Assembly: GCA_965223795.1 (NCBI GenBank)
Contig: CBDCXL010000002.1
Location: forward strand, 1,664,001 to 1,728,000
Direction: 5' to 3'
Source: Nitrospinales bacterium
GTDB lineage: Bacteria > Nitrospinota > Nitrospinia > Nitrospinales > VA-1
DNA length: 64,000 bases
A program made the translations under genes and the position numbers. This document shows positions 49,606 through 61,950 of the stretch, in pieces; within the stretch, counting starts at the first letter, position 1, and each line of letters starts with the position of its first letter. The notes beneath the pieces were generated by a model, which was not told the origin of the DNA, ran no database searches, and saw nothing but the letters and a program-made list of their open reading frames with translations.

Positions 49606-51357
49606 TTAAATCGCGTCGATTGTTTTTTCCCGGATGTCTTTATTCAGCTCTTCGATAAAGTCGTTCAAGGGAAGGGTGCGTGTTTCCTTGGCCCGGCGCT
49701 TTCGGACCGCCAGGGTCCGGCTCTCCGTTTCCTTGTCCCCGAGGACCGCCATGTAGGGGATTTTCTGCAGCTGGGCTTCCCTAATCTTGAACCCAATCTT
49801 CTCATTTCGCAAGTCTTTTTCTACCCGTATTCCTTGGTCTGTAAGGCTTTGTCTCAGTTGTTCCGCGTATTCGTGCTGGCTATCGGTGATCGGAAGCAGA
49901 ATCACCTGAACCGGGGCCAGCCAGAGGGGAAAGGCGCCGGCGTAATGCTCGATCAGACAGCCGAAAAACCGTTCCAGAGACCCCATCAGAGCCCGGTGGA
50001 GCATGATCGGCTGCTGACGCTTGCCGTTTTCCTCAATATAGCTGATGTCAAATCGCTGCGGAAGATTAAAATCCACCTGCACGGTGGAAACCTGCCAATA
50101 GCGGTTCAGGCTGTCCTTGATCTTGATGTCGATCTTGGGGCCGTAAAACACGCCTTCGCCGGGATCGATCTCATAGTCGAGCCGGGTTTTTTCCAGTGCG
50201 GATTTCAAAGCCTCGGTGGCGGATTCCCAGTCCTCTGTGGACCCGACCGATTTTTCCGGCCGGGTGCTGAGGTACATCTTGTACTCGTGGAACCCGAACG
50301 ATTTGAGGATGAACAGGATGAACTCCAGCACGCGGACGATTTCTTCCTCGATCTGGCTCGGCCGGCAGAACAGGTGCGCGTCGTCCTGGGTGAAGCCGCG
50401 CACCCGCAGCAAACCGTGCAGCACGCCTGAGCGTTCGTAGCGGTACACGGTGCCCAGCTCGCCGAAACGCAGGGGCAGGTCGCGGTAGCTGCGCAGTTTG
50501 TTCTGGTAGATCTGAATGTGGAACGGGCAGTTCATCGGCTTCATGATGTATTCCCGCCCCTCGATCTCCATGCCGGAGAACATGTTCTCCTTGTAGAAAT
50601 CGGTGTGCCCGCTGATGTTCCAAAGATCCACCTTCGCCGAATGCGGGGTGTACACCAGCTCATAGCCGTTTTTGAAATGCTCCTGCTTCCAGAAATCCTC
50701 GATCAGGCTGCGGATCCGCGCCCCCTTGGGGTGCCAGAGGATGAGCCCCGGTCCCACTTCCTCGGTCACCGAGAACAGGTCGAGCTCCTTGCCCAGCTTG
50801 CGGTGGTCGCGCTTCTTCGCTTCTTCCAGCCGGTTGAGATACTGGCGCAGCTCTTTGTCGGTGTGCCAGGCGGTGCCGTAGATCCGCTGCAGCACGGGAT
50901 TGCGCTCGTCGCCGCGCCAGTAGGCGGAGGAAGTGTGCAGCAGTTTGAACGCGCCCAGGTCGCCGGTGGATTCCACGTGCGGCCCCCGGCACAGGTCGGT
51001 GAAGTCTCCCTGCGAGTACACCGAGATGGGATCGTTCGAATCGATGCCCTCGATGATCTCCTGCTTGAACGTTTCGTTCATCTCGCCGAACATTTTGATC
51101 GCTTCCTCGCGCGGGATCTCTTTGCGGGTGACCGCAAGGCCCTGTTTGGCGATCTCTTTCATGCGGGCTTCGATTTTTTCCAGGTCCTCGGGCACGAACG
51201 GGTTCTCGCGGAAAAAGTCGTAATAAAAGCCGTCCTCGATCACCGGGCCGATGGTGACCTGAGTCTCCGGGTACAGCTGCTTGACGGCCTGCGCCATCAG
51301 GTGCGCGGCGCTGTGGCGCAGTGTTTCCAGATCGTATTTTTTGGAACCTTTGCTCAT
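49606..51357 (-). CDS. thrS: Threonyl-tRNA synthetase (lacks the N-terminal TGS domain)
   Basis: RHSAAH, DLCRGPH, RDHRKLG, KPMNCP, FTQDDAH, FYGPKID, GSLERF. Confidence 0.98.
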   Translation of the reverse strand: MSKGSKKYDLETLRHSAAHLMAQAVKQLYPETQVTIGPVIEDGFYYDFFRENPFVPEDLEKIEARMKEIAKQGLAVTRKEIPREEAIKMFGEMNETFKQEIIEGIDSNDPISVYSQGDFTDLCRGPHVESTGDLGAFKLLHTSSAYWRGDERNPVLQRIYGTAWHTDKELRQYLNRLEEAKKRDHRKLGKELDLFSVTEEVGPGLILWHPKGARIRSLIEDFWKQEHFKNGYELVYTPHSAKVDLWNISGHTDFYKENMFSGMEIEGREYIMKPMNCPFHIQIYQNKLRSYRDLPLRFGELGTVYRYERSGVLHGLLRVRGFTQDDAHLFCRPSQIEEEIVRVLEFILFILKSFGFHEYKMYLSTRPEKSVGSTEDWESATEALKSALEKTRLDYEIDPGEGVFYGPKIDIKIKDSLNRYWQVSTVQVDFNLPQRFDISYIEENGKRQQPIMLHRALMGSLERFFGCLIEHYAGAFPLWLAPVQVILLPITDSQHEYAEQLRQSLTDQGIRVEKDLRNEKIGFKIREAQLQKIPYMAVLGDKETESRTLAVRKRRAKETRTLPLNDFIEELNKDIREKTIDAI

Positions 51358-51481
51358 CGAGAGGACCGGTGTGACGGATGAAACAACCAAACGCCCCCGG
51401 AAAACGGGAGCGGTCATCGGGTTCGCGCAAGATCGCCTGAGCGCCCGGGCTGGGTGGTCTTCAGGGAAGAGGGAACCGCGG

Positions 51482-51512
51482 AAAACGGCGCTTGCTTTAA
51501 AAGAAAGCGCCG
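51482..51512 (-). terminator. Hairpin/terminator after tRNA-Val
   Basis: Minus strand reads CGGCGCTT...AAGCGCCG-TTTT. Confidence 0.55.
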
Positions 51513-51554
51513 CGCAACTCTTTCAACATCCTGCGAGGAAACGAAACAAATCTA

Positions 51555-51626
51555 TAGGCACGGGCGGGTTCGAACCGCCGACCCCTTGCATGTCAAGCAA
51601 GTACTCTACCCCTGAGCTACGTGCCT
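51555..51626 (-). tRNA. tRNA-Val (GAC), CCA not encoded
   Basis: AGGCACG TAGCTCAGGGGTAGAGT A CTTGC-TT-GAC-AT-GCAAG GGGTC GGCGGTTCGAACCCGCC CGTGCCT A forms a cloverleaf. Confidence 0.97.
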
Positions 51627-51646
51627 GATTTGATTCAGATGGCTGT

Positions 51647-51674
51647 ATTGTATGTGTTAAAGCGTATTTGTCAA
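51647..51674 (-). promoter_or_regulatory. Sigma-70 promoter of tRNA-Val/thrS
   Basis: TTGACA-N16-TACAAT, about 20 nt upstream of the tRNA. Confidence 0.75.
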
Positions 51675-51764
51675 GACGAAGCGGCGCTTTCCCGCCAGTG
51701 GCGGCCCGCAGGCCTGTGCCGGCCGGACCGCCAGGCGTTTTTCAACGCTTCCTCATCTGTGCAA

Positions 51765-54367
<2,603 letters not shown>

Positions 54368-54375
54368 GCATGCCT

Positions 54376-55176
54376 TCAAATGTCGATCAACCCCTCCAGC
54401 GGACTGCTGGCGGAGGCGTACAGTTTTTTGGGAATGCGCCCGGCTTCGTAAGCCAGCCGGCCGCACTGCACCGCCATTTTCATGGCGACGGCCATTTTGA
54501 GCGGGTCTTTGGCGCCGGCGATGGCGGTGTTCATCAACAGGCCGTCGACGCCCAGCTCCATGGCACGGGCCGCGTCGGAGGCGGTTCCCACGCCCGCGTC
54601 GATGATGACGGGAACGCTGACCGCTTCCAGGATCAATTTGATGTTGTACGGGTTGCGGATGCCCAGCCCGGAACCGATCGGCGCCGCGAGCGGCATCACC
54701 GCGGAGCAGCCCATGTCCTCGAGCTTCTTGCACAGCACCACATCGTCCGAGCAGTACGGCAGCACCTGAAAGCCGTCCTGGATCAAAAGGCGGGACGCTT
54801 CCAGCGTGGCCTCGTTGTCCGGGAACAGGGTTTTTTCATCGCCGATCACCTCGACCTTGACGAAATTGCCCAGCCCGGCTTCGCGCGCCAGCTGGCAGGT
54901 CATCACCGCTTCCTTCACGTTGTAGCAGCCCGCCGTGTTGGGCAGGAAGGTGAATTTTTTCGGATCGAGATGATTGAGCAAAGAATCTTTGGTTTTGTCC
55001 AGCTCGATTCTGCGGACCGCCACGGTGACCACTTCCGCGCCGGACAGTTCGATGGCCTCGCGGGTCTGCTCGAACGAATCGTATTTTCCCGTCCCGACGA
55101 TCAGCCGGGACGTCAACGTTTTATCACCGATCTTGAGCGAAGACGTTTCGCTGCCGGTTGCCACTGCATTTTCCAT
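54376..55176 (-). CDS. thiG: Thiazole synthase
   Basis: [33 protein letters not shown]. Confidence 0.98.
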   Translation of the reverse strand: MENAVATGSETSSLKIGDKTLTSRLIVGTGKYDSFEQTREAIELSGAEVVTVAVRRIELDKTKDSLLNHLDPKKFTFLPNTAGCYNVKEAVMTCQLAREAGLGNFVKVEVIGDEKTLFPDNEATLEASRLLIQDGFQVLPYCSDDVVLCKKLEDMGCSAVMPLAAPIGSGLGIRNPYNIKLILEAVSVPVIIDAGVGTASDAARAMELGVDGLLMNTAIAGAKDPLKMAVAMKMAVQCGRLAYEAGRIPKKLYASASSPLEGLIDI

Positions 55177-55208
55177 GGATCGTCCTCTTGAGTTTAACGG
55201 TAACGGTG

Positions 55209-55412
55209 TCAGACACCGCCTCCGACGGCATGCACGATCTCAACGGTGTCCCCTTCCTGGATGGGAGTGTCGGGGTACTTGGATCTGGGGATCACCTGGT
55301 GATTGAGCGCCACCGCAAAGTGCGGGGCGGTGATCTTAAGTTCCCGGACCAGCTCGATGAGGTTGGCGCTGGAATGAATCTCTTTTTCTTCACCGTTGAT
55401 CGTCAGGCGCAT
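55209..55412 (-). CDS. thiS: Sulfur carrier protein ThiS
   Basis: MRLTINGE...AVALN...[13 protein letters not shown](V); start ATG 55412. Confidence 0.95.
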   Translation of the reverse strand: MRLTINGEEKEIHSSANLIELVRELKITAPHFAVALNHQVIPRSKYPDTPIQEGDTVEIVHAVGGGV

Positions 55413-55594
55413 GTCTATTCGGTTGCCGGGGCTCCGCAAAGTGCCGGAGAACACCGGTTCATTCGGGCGCACCCATGCGGGTACACTCGAAATCGTTTCA
55501 GGAAATCGGCGCGCCGCCCGTTAGGAACAGGAAGCGGACCTGCACTAGTACCAGGGGATGTTGAAAACCAGGGTGAGATGAGTCCGGCAGGCTG

Positions 55595-55629
55595 AAACAG
55601 AAAAGGCCGCAACCCGCCAGATTGCAGCC
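55595..55629 (-). terminator. Intrinsic terminator, likely expression platform of the TPP riboswitch
   Basis: GGCTGCAATCT-GGC-GGGTTGCGGCC followed by TTTTCTGTTT, about 35 nt after the aptamer. Confidence 0.65.
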
Positions 55630-55663
55630 CAAGAAGTACAAGCTCATCGAAGAAAGATCGCTT

Positions 55664-55744
55664 CACTTCCCTTCGCTGGTATAATCCAGATCAGGTTCAA
55701 AGGGTCATCCTTGCGGAAGTCTCAGTTAAACAACACCCCTAGTG
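55664..55744 (-). promoter_or_regulatory. TPP riboswitch
   Basis: AGGGGTG...CTGAGA...ACCCTTTGAACCTGATCTGGATTATACCAGCGAAGGGAAGTG upstream of thiS. Confidence 0.96.
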
Positions 55745-55823
55745 AGGCGTATAGCATCCGGTACTTTCACCTCCAAGTCAAGAATTATTGACGTGTGCTT
55801 TAAAAAGAGGGATACTTAGTATT

Positions 55824-57200
55824 ATGACTATGAAAAACTTACCCTTATCCTTCTTTTCCCTGCTGATTTTGACCCTGACCTTACTGGCCGGTTGCTCCGG
55901 CTCTTCGGTGCGCGACCAGTTTGAGAAACCCTACTTCGAACTGCCTCCGGACCAGATCTCCAGCGCCGACAAGGACCTGTTCGAGCGCGCGCTGTTCAGG
56001 CAAAAAAACAACCGGATACAGGCGGCGATCAAGGTCTGGAACGAGTTTCTCAGCAAGCATCCCCGTTCCTTCGAAGCGCACAACAATCTGGGGCTGGTCT
56101 ATTATGAAGACGATCAGCTCGACCCGGCCATCGCGGAATTCGAAACCGCCCGGTCTCTGGAGCCGACGGATGAAAAGATCAAAAAGAATCTTATCCGCGC
56201 ACTGAAATTCAAGTCCACCCTCATTCGGGAAAGCGGAGACTACAACGGCGCGGTCAGCTACCTGAAAAGAGCCCAGGAACATTCCGGCCCGCGCGAAAAG
56301 GAACGCATCGGGTTCATGATCGAGGAGCTGGAAGACAGGGTGTACGAACAGGTGAAAAACACCAACACCCTGGAAGCGTATAAAGACTTTCTGGAAAAAT
56401 ATCCCGAAAGTGTGAAAAACGCCGATGACGCCCGCCGCCGGATTGAAGGTCTGAAGCCGAAGGAAAACGCGGTTTCGCCCGTTGAAAGCCTGGAAAAACG
56501 CAGCGAGGTGCAGGAATTGATCCCGGCCTCGGTACGCGGGGCGCCCGAAGCCGAACCGGCTCTGGAGCAGGCCAGCGCCATGCAGAAGCCTGAGGATACC
56601 GGGGAAATCCTCACTATCGATGCGATGCCTGCCGAGGGCGCAGCCATGATGGCGGACGAACCCGCCATGAAGAGCGACGTTACGGCCCTGCCGGATGCGG
56701 ATGCGATGAGCCGGCAGGCGCTCGCCGATTCGGAAGCGGTTTTCGGAAAGGCGCAGCTTGAAGACATCGAAACCGTGATGGAAAAAACGCCGGCACAGGA
56801 CCTGAGCGCGCAACCCTCCGGGCCTGAGGCCGCGATGACGCGCTCGATGGAACAATCCTACCCCGAAAAACTGACGGAAGTGGCGCGCAGTCCGGAACAG
56901 TTCATCGAAACCGGAATCCAGCCCACCCCCAAGCCGTCGACCGGGGCCCGCATCCTGAATACTGCGGAGTCCGGGGCGTTCGACGAGTTCGCGGTTTCGG
57001 CACAGCGGGTGCGGGTGGTGACGCGCAACGATCCTCTGCGCGTCCGCGAAGCGCCGTTTCTCAAATCCCGCGTCATCACGACGCTGGAAAAGGGCTCGCT
57101 GATCCCGCTCATCAAAGAAGTGGGGGGATGGTACAAAGTGGAATTCACCCAGGGCAAGGCCGGCTGGATATCGAAAAAATTCGCCGAAGTAGAGAAATGA
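55824..57200 (+). CDS. Lipoprotein with TPR region, low-complexity linker and C-terminal bacterial SH3 domain
   Basis: Lipobox LLAGC; AHNNLGLVY; LRVREAP...GWYKVEF..GKAGWISKKF. Confidence 0.85.
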   Translation: MTMKNLPLSFFSLLILTLTLLAGCSGSSVRDQFEKPYFELPPDQISSADKDLFERALFRQKNNRIQAAIKVWNEFLSKHPRSFEAHNNLGLVYYEDDQLDPAIAEFETARSLEPTDEKIKKNLIRALKFKSTLIRESGDYNGAVSYLKRAQEHSGPREKERIGFMIEELEDRVYEQVKNTNTLEAYKDFLEKYPESVKNADDARRRIEGLKPKENAVSPVESLEKRSEVQELIPASVRGAPEAEPALEQASAMQKPEDTGEILTIDAMPAEGAAMMADEPAMKSDVTALPDADAMSRQALADSEAVFGKAQLEDIETVMEKTPAQDLSAQPSGPEAAMTRSMEQSYPEKLTEVARSPEQFIETGIQPTPKPSTGARILNTAESGAFDEFAVSAQRVRVVTRNDPLRVREAPFLKSRVITTLEKGSLIPLIKEVGGWYKVEFTQGKAGWISKKFAEVEK

Positions 57201-57372
57201 CCGTTTTGAAAAACGGTTGAACCCGCATCCGCATTCCTCTGACCCGCTTCCTTCTAATTATTCCTTTCGGTTGAGGATGGACTTATGGCTTGAGTCCGTC
57301 CGTTTCTGATACTATAATTCCGTTCGGTCCCGTCCCGCATTGTCAACCTTTCAGGAAAATCAAACCACCATC

Positions 57373-58341
57373 ATGGAAACCATTGTCATAAGCGACCTGG
57401 ATCAACTGATTGAAAAAGAGTGGCAGTATCTCGAATCCCAGAGAGGCGAATGGAGCCTGCTGGAAGGCGATCAGGATTTGGAAGTGACGGAGCACGTCTT
57501 GAGGTGCATCCTGCATGTGGGTGAAACGGAACAGCGCGGGCAGGAGTTCAAGGAATGCGTCAAGGTGCAGAACCCGGACGGCGGCTGGTCGAAGCAGTCC
57601 CAAACGGACAAGACGTCGATGTGGATCACCACGTTCGTCGCGCTCAAACTGTGTCGCGGCAACATGGTGCTGAAGGATCCCGATATCGAGCGGGCGATCG
57701 ATAAAGCGCTCCAGTATGTGCTGTCGGTGCAGGAAGAAGACGGGCACTGGAGCGATCCGGAGTGGTCCCACCTCGACACCACCTGTTCGGTCACCTGTTT
57801 TCTCACCATCTACCAGGTGACGCACGACAAGCAGAACGATCCAATGATCAACGCGGCGAGAATAGGCGGATTTGAATTCATCAAGAACTGGCAGCGGGAC
57901 ACCGGACTGTGGAAAGACGACACCTTTCATCCCGCGGGCATCGAGACCACCGCGCATCTCATGCAGTACACGCTGGTGCCCGCGTATTTCATGGACGGCA
58001 TCGACTACGCCGAAAAGCTGTGCATGGATGCGGCGAATTCATTGACCGGGGAACAGGCCGCCAACGGTTCCTGGGACAGCGAAAACATGGACCACACCAT
58101 GGACGCCTGCCGAAACCTGATGCTGGTGTCGGACACGTTCGGCCGCAAAGAAGAATACGCGCCCTACATCGAAAAGGGAGTGCGCTGGCTCATCGAGAAA
58201 AAAAACGAGCAGGGCTGGGGCGATTTTCCGGGCGAGCCCAGCAATGTGGAACGGACGGCGGACGGGCTGGACACGCTGCTCAAATACAGACGGTTCTGCT
58301 CGGGCGAACCCATGTCGCATTTCTGGGCTTACAGCAAATGA
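57373..58341 (+). CDS. Prenyltransferase/squalene-hopene-cyclase-like QW-repeat (alpha/alpha)6 barrel protein
   Basis: QRGEW, QNPDGGW, QEEDGHW, QRDTGLW, QAANGSW, KNEQGW; single domain; no DxDD motif. Confidence 0.8.
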   Translation: METIVISDLDQLIEKEWQYLESQRGEWSLLEGDQDLEVTEHVLRCILHVGETEQRGQEFKECVKVQNPDGGWSKQSQTDKTSMWITTFVALKLCRGNMVLKDPDIERAIDKALQYVLSVQEEDGHWSDPEWSHLDTTCSVTCFLTIYQVTHDKQNDPMINAARIGGFEFIKNWQRDTGLWKDDTFHPAGIETTAHLMQYTLVPAYFMDGIDYAEKLCMDAANSLTGEQAANGSWDSENMDHTMDACRNLMLVSDTFGRKEEYAPYIEKGVRWLIEKKNEQGWGDFPGEPSNVERTADGLDTLLKYRRFCSGEPMSHFWAYSK

Positions 58342-58414
58342 CGTTTGACCCGAAAGCGAACGCCGCTTTCGCCGGTCCCGTTTGTTTGGCCGCGATTCTC
58401 AAACGATTGGATTC

Positions 58415-59164
58415 ATGGAAGCGGTCATTCTCCTAGCCGGGCACGGTTCCCGGCTCAACCGGCAAGACCTTCCCCACAAGTCCCTGCTTCCCTTCGGCAG
58501 TGAAACCCTGCTGCAACGCCACCTCCTGTCCCTTCAACAGGCAGGCATCCAAAAAGTCCACCTGGTTCTCGGGCACAATGCCTCGCAGGTGCGCGCGCAT
58601 GCCGAAAGTCTCGGACTGGGACTCGAGCTGCACTGCATCGACAATCCTTTGTACCTCACGACGGGAAACACGCTTTCCATGGTGCTGGGGCTCCGCTTCT
58701 GCCCTGGAAATGCCATCGTGCTGGATGGGGACGTGCTCTATCCCAAAAGCGTTTTTCTGGATTATGTGCGTGATTCCAAGCCCACTTCGTTCGCCCTGGT
58801 GGCGTCGGACATCGACAACGCCGAGTCGGCCAAGGTGCTGCTCAAGCCTTCCGGCATGATCCAGGCGTTCATCACCAAGCGCCTGCTGACAGAGAAAGAG
58901 CGTGCGGAGTTCAAATTCGGCGGTGAGGCCATCGGGTTTTTCAAATTGTCGAAGGAGGCGGTGGAGCGGTTTCTGCTCCTGTACGAAGAGAATGAAGCTG
59001 AATTCGAAAAGACGCTTTGGGAGATCCCGTTCACCGAGTTCGCCCGGCATGTGGATGTGCATCCCTGGCACATCCAGGGGCCGGGCTGCTTTGAGATCGA
59101 CACCCAGGAAGACTACGACGACGCCCTGGCCAGCTTCAAGTCACGGCCGGGCTTCTACGGTTGA
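58415..59164 (+). CDS. Nucleotidyltransferase (LicC/phosphocholine cytidylyltransferase-like)
   Basis: AVILLAGHGSRL...PHKSLL, NP.Y.TTGN..S, LDGDVLY, GEAIG, FEIDT.ED. Confidence 0.85.
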   Translation: MEAVILLAGHGSRLNRQDLPHKSLLPFGSETLLQRHLLSLQQAGIQKVHLVLGHNASQVRAHAESLGLGLELHCIDNPLYLTTGNTLSMVLGLRFCPGNAIVLDGDVLYPKSVFLDYVRDSKPTSFALVASDIDNAESAKVLLKPSGMIQAFITKRLLTEKERAEFKFGGEAIGFFKLSKEAVERFLLLYEENEAEFEKTLWEIPFTEFARHVDVHPWHIQGPGCFEIDTQEDYDDALASFKSRPGFYG

Positions 59165-59182
59165 GGCGTGGGAGCGGACCGC

Positions 59183-60190
59183 TCAGAACGCATACTGCAA
59201 AGCCATGATCCAGCGCAGATCGGACTCTTTGAATCCGGGAGTGGGCTCGCTTTCGTATTCCCAGATGTTTGAGAATTTGAACTCCCAGCCGGCGCCGAGG
59301 GTGGTGATGAGGGCGGCTTGGTTGCGGAAGTTGTACTCGCCGAAATTCTCGAAGCTCGGGAAAATCACGTATTGATCGGTGAACAGCAGGTTTTTCAAAA
59401 TCTGGTATTTGAAGTTGGTGGCGAAGCGGCCGGTGGCGTACTGCTCGTCCGCGCCGGTAACGCGGTCTTCGTTGAAGTAGGAAACGCCGGCTTCCAGAGA
59501 CCAGAACTTGATGTCGTCCTCCCAGATCTGATAGCCCGCACCGGGGCCGACGATCGTCCTAAGATTCAGGTCCTTGAAGGTGTCGTTCAGCATCTCGAGG
59601 CTCAGAAAGCCGTACCATTTCTTTGTGAAGTAATGAGAAAACTGCATGGACCCGTAGGTGTTGCGCGCGGTCACCTCATCGTCTTCCTCGGCGTAGTTGA
59701 AGAGAAATTTAAACTCGAAGCGGTCGTGCTCCCACCGCTTGTGCGCGTCCGCGGCGAACGAACCGGAGAAACGCTCGGTGTTTCCGGTGTCCCACTGCGC
59801 TCCCGCGCCGAGATGCCCTTTCCAGTGATTTTTCGGCGGATTGATGGCCTTGATCTGGGTCCAGTCTAATATCGTGGGGCTGCGGCCTGAGCTGGCTTCC
59901 AGCTTGAAGTCGTCCTCCTGATCCTCGGAGGGCAGGAGCCTGCCTTTTAGAATTTCTCCGGTTTTGAGATGGATCACATTGGGATTGTCGGTGATGATCT
60001 TTTTTATCTCGTTGATTTTGATTTTGAGGTCTTCGGAATACGCCGTGGAAAAGGTCAACACCCCTTCTTTCGCGCTGACCACTTTGCCGCTCAATCGATC
60101 GCCGTTTTTCAACAGGATTTTATCGGCAAACGATTCTCCGGTGAAACCCAACACGATCAACGCAGCGAACACCCAATGTTTGAAGTTCAT
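59183..60190 (-). CDS. DUF481/YdiY-like outer-membrane beta-barrel protein
   Basis: Signal peptide; D.ILLKNGDRLSG; D.FKDLNLR...GPGAGYQ; C-terminal LQYAF. Confidence 0.85.
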   Translation of the reverse strand: MNFKHWVFAALIVLGFTGESFADKILLKNGDRLSGKVVSAKEGVLTFSTAYSEDLKIKINEIKKIITDNPNVIHLKTGEILKGRLLPSEDQEDDFKLEASSGRSPTILDWTQIKAINPPKNHWKGHLGAGAQWDTGNTERFSGSFAADAHKRWEHDRFEFKFLFNYAEEDDEVTARNTYGSMQFSHYFTKKWYGFLSLEMLNDTFKDLNLRTIVGPGAGYQIWEDDIKFWSLEAGVSYFNEDRVTGADEQYATGRFATNFKYQILKNLLFTDQYVIFPSFENFGEYNFRNQAALITTLGAGWEFKFSNIWEYESEPTPGFKESDLRWIMALQYAF

Positions 60191-60328
60191 CGATGTCTCC
60201 TGAGGATTGATGCTCAATGATGCAAGGAATCAGAAGTTTCTGTCTGGTAAACTCAGCGGGTCCAAAGGGGCCGGTGTTGTTTCCAATCCAGCCGCAAGCC
60301 CGTTGCCTTCAGATGATCAATCTGAAAA

Positions 60329-60345
60329 AGCAATTCCTATGCCAG
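60329..60345 (-). promoter_or_regulatory. Sigma-54 (-24/-12) promoter of the DUF481 gene
   Basis: CTGGCATAGGAATTGCT (GG-N10-GC). Confidence 0.75.
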
Positions 60346-60662
60346 GGGGAGGAATGGGATGGGCTGTGGAAATACTTGATTTATTTTTAAATAGAAATGT
60401 GAAATATAAGGGAAATTAGATGTATGTATGGAAGAATGAATACGGTTCGACTCGGTCCGAACCGGGTGTCACGTAATTGACGATGCGTTCGTTTGCTCTA
60501 TTTTATTTTTTTTTAAATAAATTAAAAGGGGAAATTCCTCACATGCATGGGAAATTTTTTCCGGTTGCATCGAGTGGGTTTCCGACATTCCTGCGATGAC
60601 GCGCGCAGGTTCTGATTGATACCGGATCGCCGGGATGAGCGAACCGAATTTTCTCGAGGAGC

Positions 60663-61361
60663 GTGTTTTTGCTGCATTCATACAAAGCCGTGTTCTTTGA
60701 TGTGGGAGGCACTCTTATGCAGGTGCATCCGTCGGTGGGCGAAGTGTACACGCGTCATGCGCGCGAATACGGATTCTCGCAGCCGGCTGAGGACGTGGAC
60801 CGGGAGTTTCGAACTCAGTGGCACGCGATGGGCGGCATCGCTTCACTGGGCAGGCACAGCGGGGTCGAGGCGGAAAAAAAATTCTGGCGGGAGCTGGTGC
60901 GGCGCGTGTTCGACCGGTTCGGCGGGCTCGATGACTTCGATCGCTATTTTGAGCATATCTATGAAGTGTTCCGTGGCAAGGACAGCTGGCGGATTTTTGA
61001 CGACGTGGTCGAATCGGATATTTTTCTCAAACTGAAACAGCGCGGTGTCGTTTTGGGAGTCATTTCAAACTGGGACTCGCGGCTGTCCCACACGCTGCGC
61101 GAGATCGGGCTGGCAAAGCATTTTGACTTCGTTCTGGTTTCCGCGGAAGTGGGGGCGGCGAAACCGGATAAAAAAATATTTGAGGAAGCGTTGCGGCTGA
61201 GCGGGGTGCGGGCGGAACAGGCCTGTCATATCGGCGACGAGCCGGAAGCGGACCTGATGGGCGCGCGCCGTGTCGGCATCGACGCGATCCTGGTGGACCG
61301 CAGGGGACGCTACGGGGATGAATTCAAACCCAAGGTGGGATCGTTTCTGGAGTTGATTTGA
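60663..61361 (+). CDS. HAD-IA family hydrolase (REG-2-like)
   Basis: FFDVGGTL, VISNWD, KPD..IF, HIGD....D..GA. Confidence 0.92.
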   Translation: MFLLHSYKAVFFDVGGTLMQVHPSVGEVYTRHAREYGFSQPAEDVDREFRTQWHAMGGIASLGRHSGVEAEKKFWRELVRRVFDRFGGLDDFDRYFEHIYEVFRGKDSWRIFDDVVESDIFLKLKQRGVVLGVISNWDSRLSHTLREIGLAKHFDFVLVSAEVGAAKPDKKIFEEALRLSGVRAEQACHIGDEPEADLMGARRVGIDAILVDRRGRYGDEFKPKVGSFLELI

Positions 61362-61371
61362 CGGCGTAGAC

Positions 61372-61881
61372 TCAGCCTGGGACGCCTTTGGCGCCTTTCA
61401 GGGTGGCTTTGGTGAAAGAGGTGTTGTTGGTTTTCGCGTGGGTCAGGTCGGCGTCGGTCAGATTGGCGCCGAAAAACGAAACCGATTCGAGGTTCGCCCC
61501 CCTCAGGCTGGCACGGGACAGGTCGGCGAAGGTGAGGCTCGCCTTGGTGAGGTCCGCTTCGGTCAGAATTGCGGACTTCAGATCGCTTTTGCTCAGGGTG
61601 GCGTTGATGAGTTTGGCCCTGGAGAAATTTGCCTTGTCCAGCTTGGCGTCGGAGAGATCGGCGTCGGTCAGGTTGGCGCCGGTGAAATTGGATTGAGAGA
61701 GAAACGCTTTGGTGAACTTGGTTTTGATGAGCCGGGTTTTGCTGAAATCGGTTTTCACCAGCGTGATGTCATTAAAATTCAAACCGGAAAGGTCGAGCCC
61801 CGATAAATCCGCTCCCGCCAGATGGGGTTTCGTTCCGTCCTTCAGCAGTTCCTTGATTTTTGCAACCGTGATGTTCGCCAT
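61372..61881 (-). CDS. Pentapeptide repeat protein
   Basis: Continuous A[D/N]L[S/T]x repeats. Confidence 0.95.
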   Translation of the reverse strand: MANITVAKIKELLKDGTKPHLAGADLSGLDLSGLNFNDITLVKTDFSKTRLIKTKFTKAFLSQSNFTGANLTDADLSDAKLDKANFSRAKLINATLSKSDLKSAILTEADLTKASLTFADLSRASLRGANLESVSFFGANLTDADLTHAKTNNTSFTKATLKGAKGVPG

Positions 61882-61950
61882 GGTTTCCACCTTCGTTGTT
61901 CGCTCGCATCCGGACTATAATCCCGAATTCACTTTTTAACAATTGCTAAT

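Noticed and set aside
51555..51626. tRNA as an integration site
   Set aside because: No integrase or duplicated tRNA 3' end seen; it is flanked by housekeeping genes.
55415..55666. 83-aa ORF in the thi leader
   Set aside because: It starts inside the aptamer's last stem and crosses the terminator, with no protein-like features.
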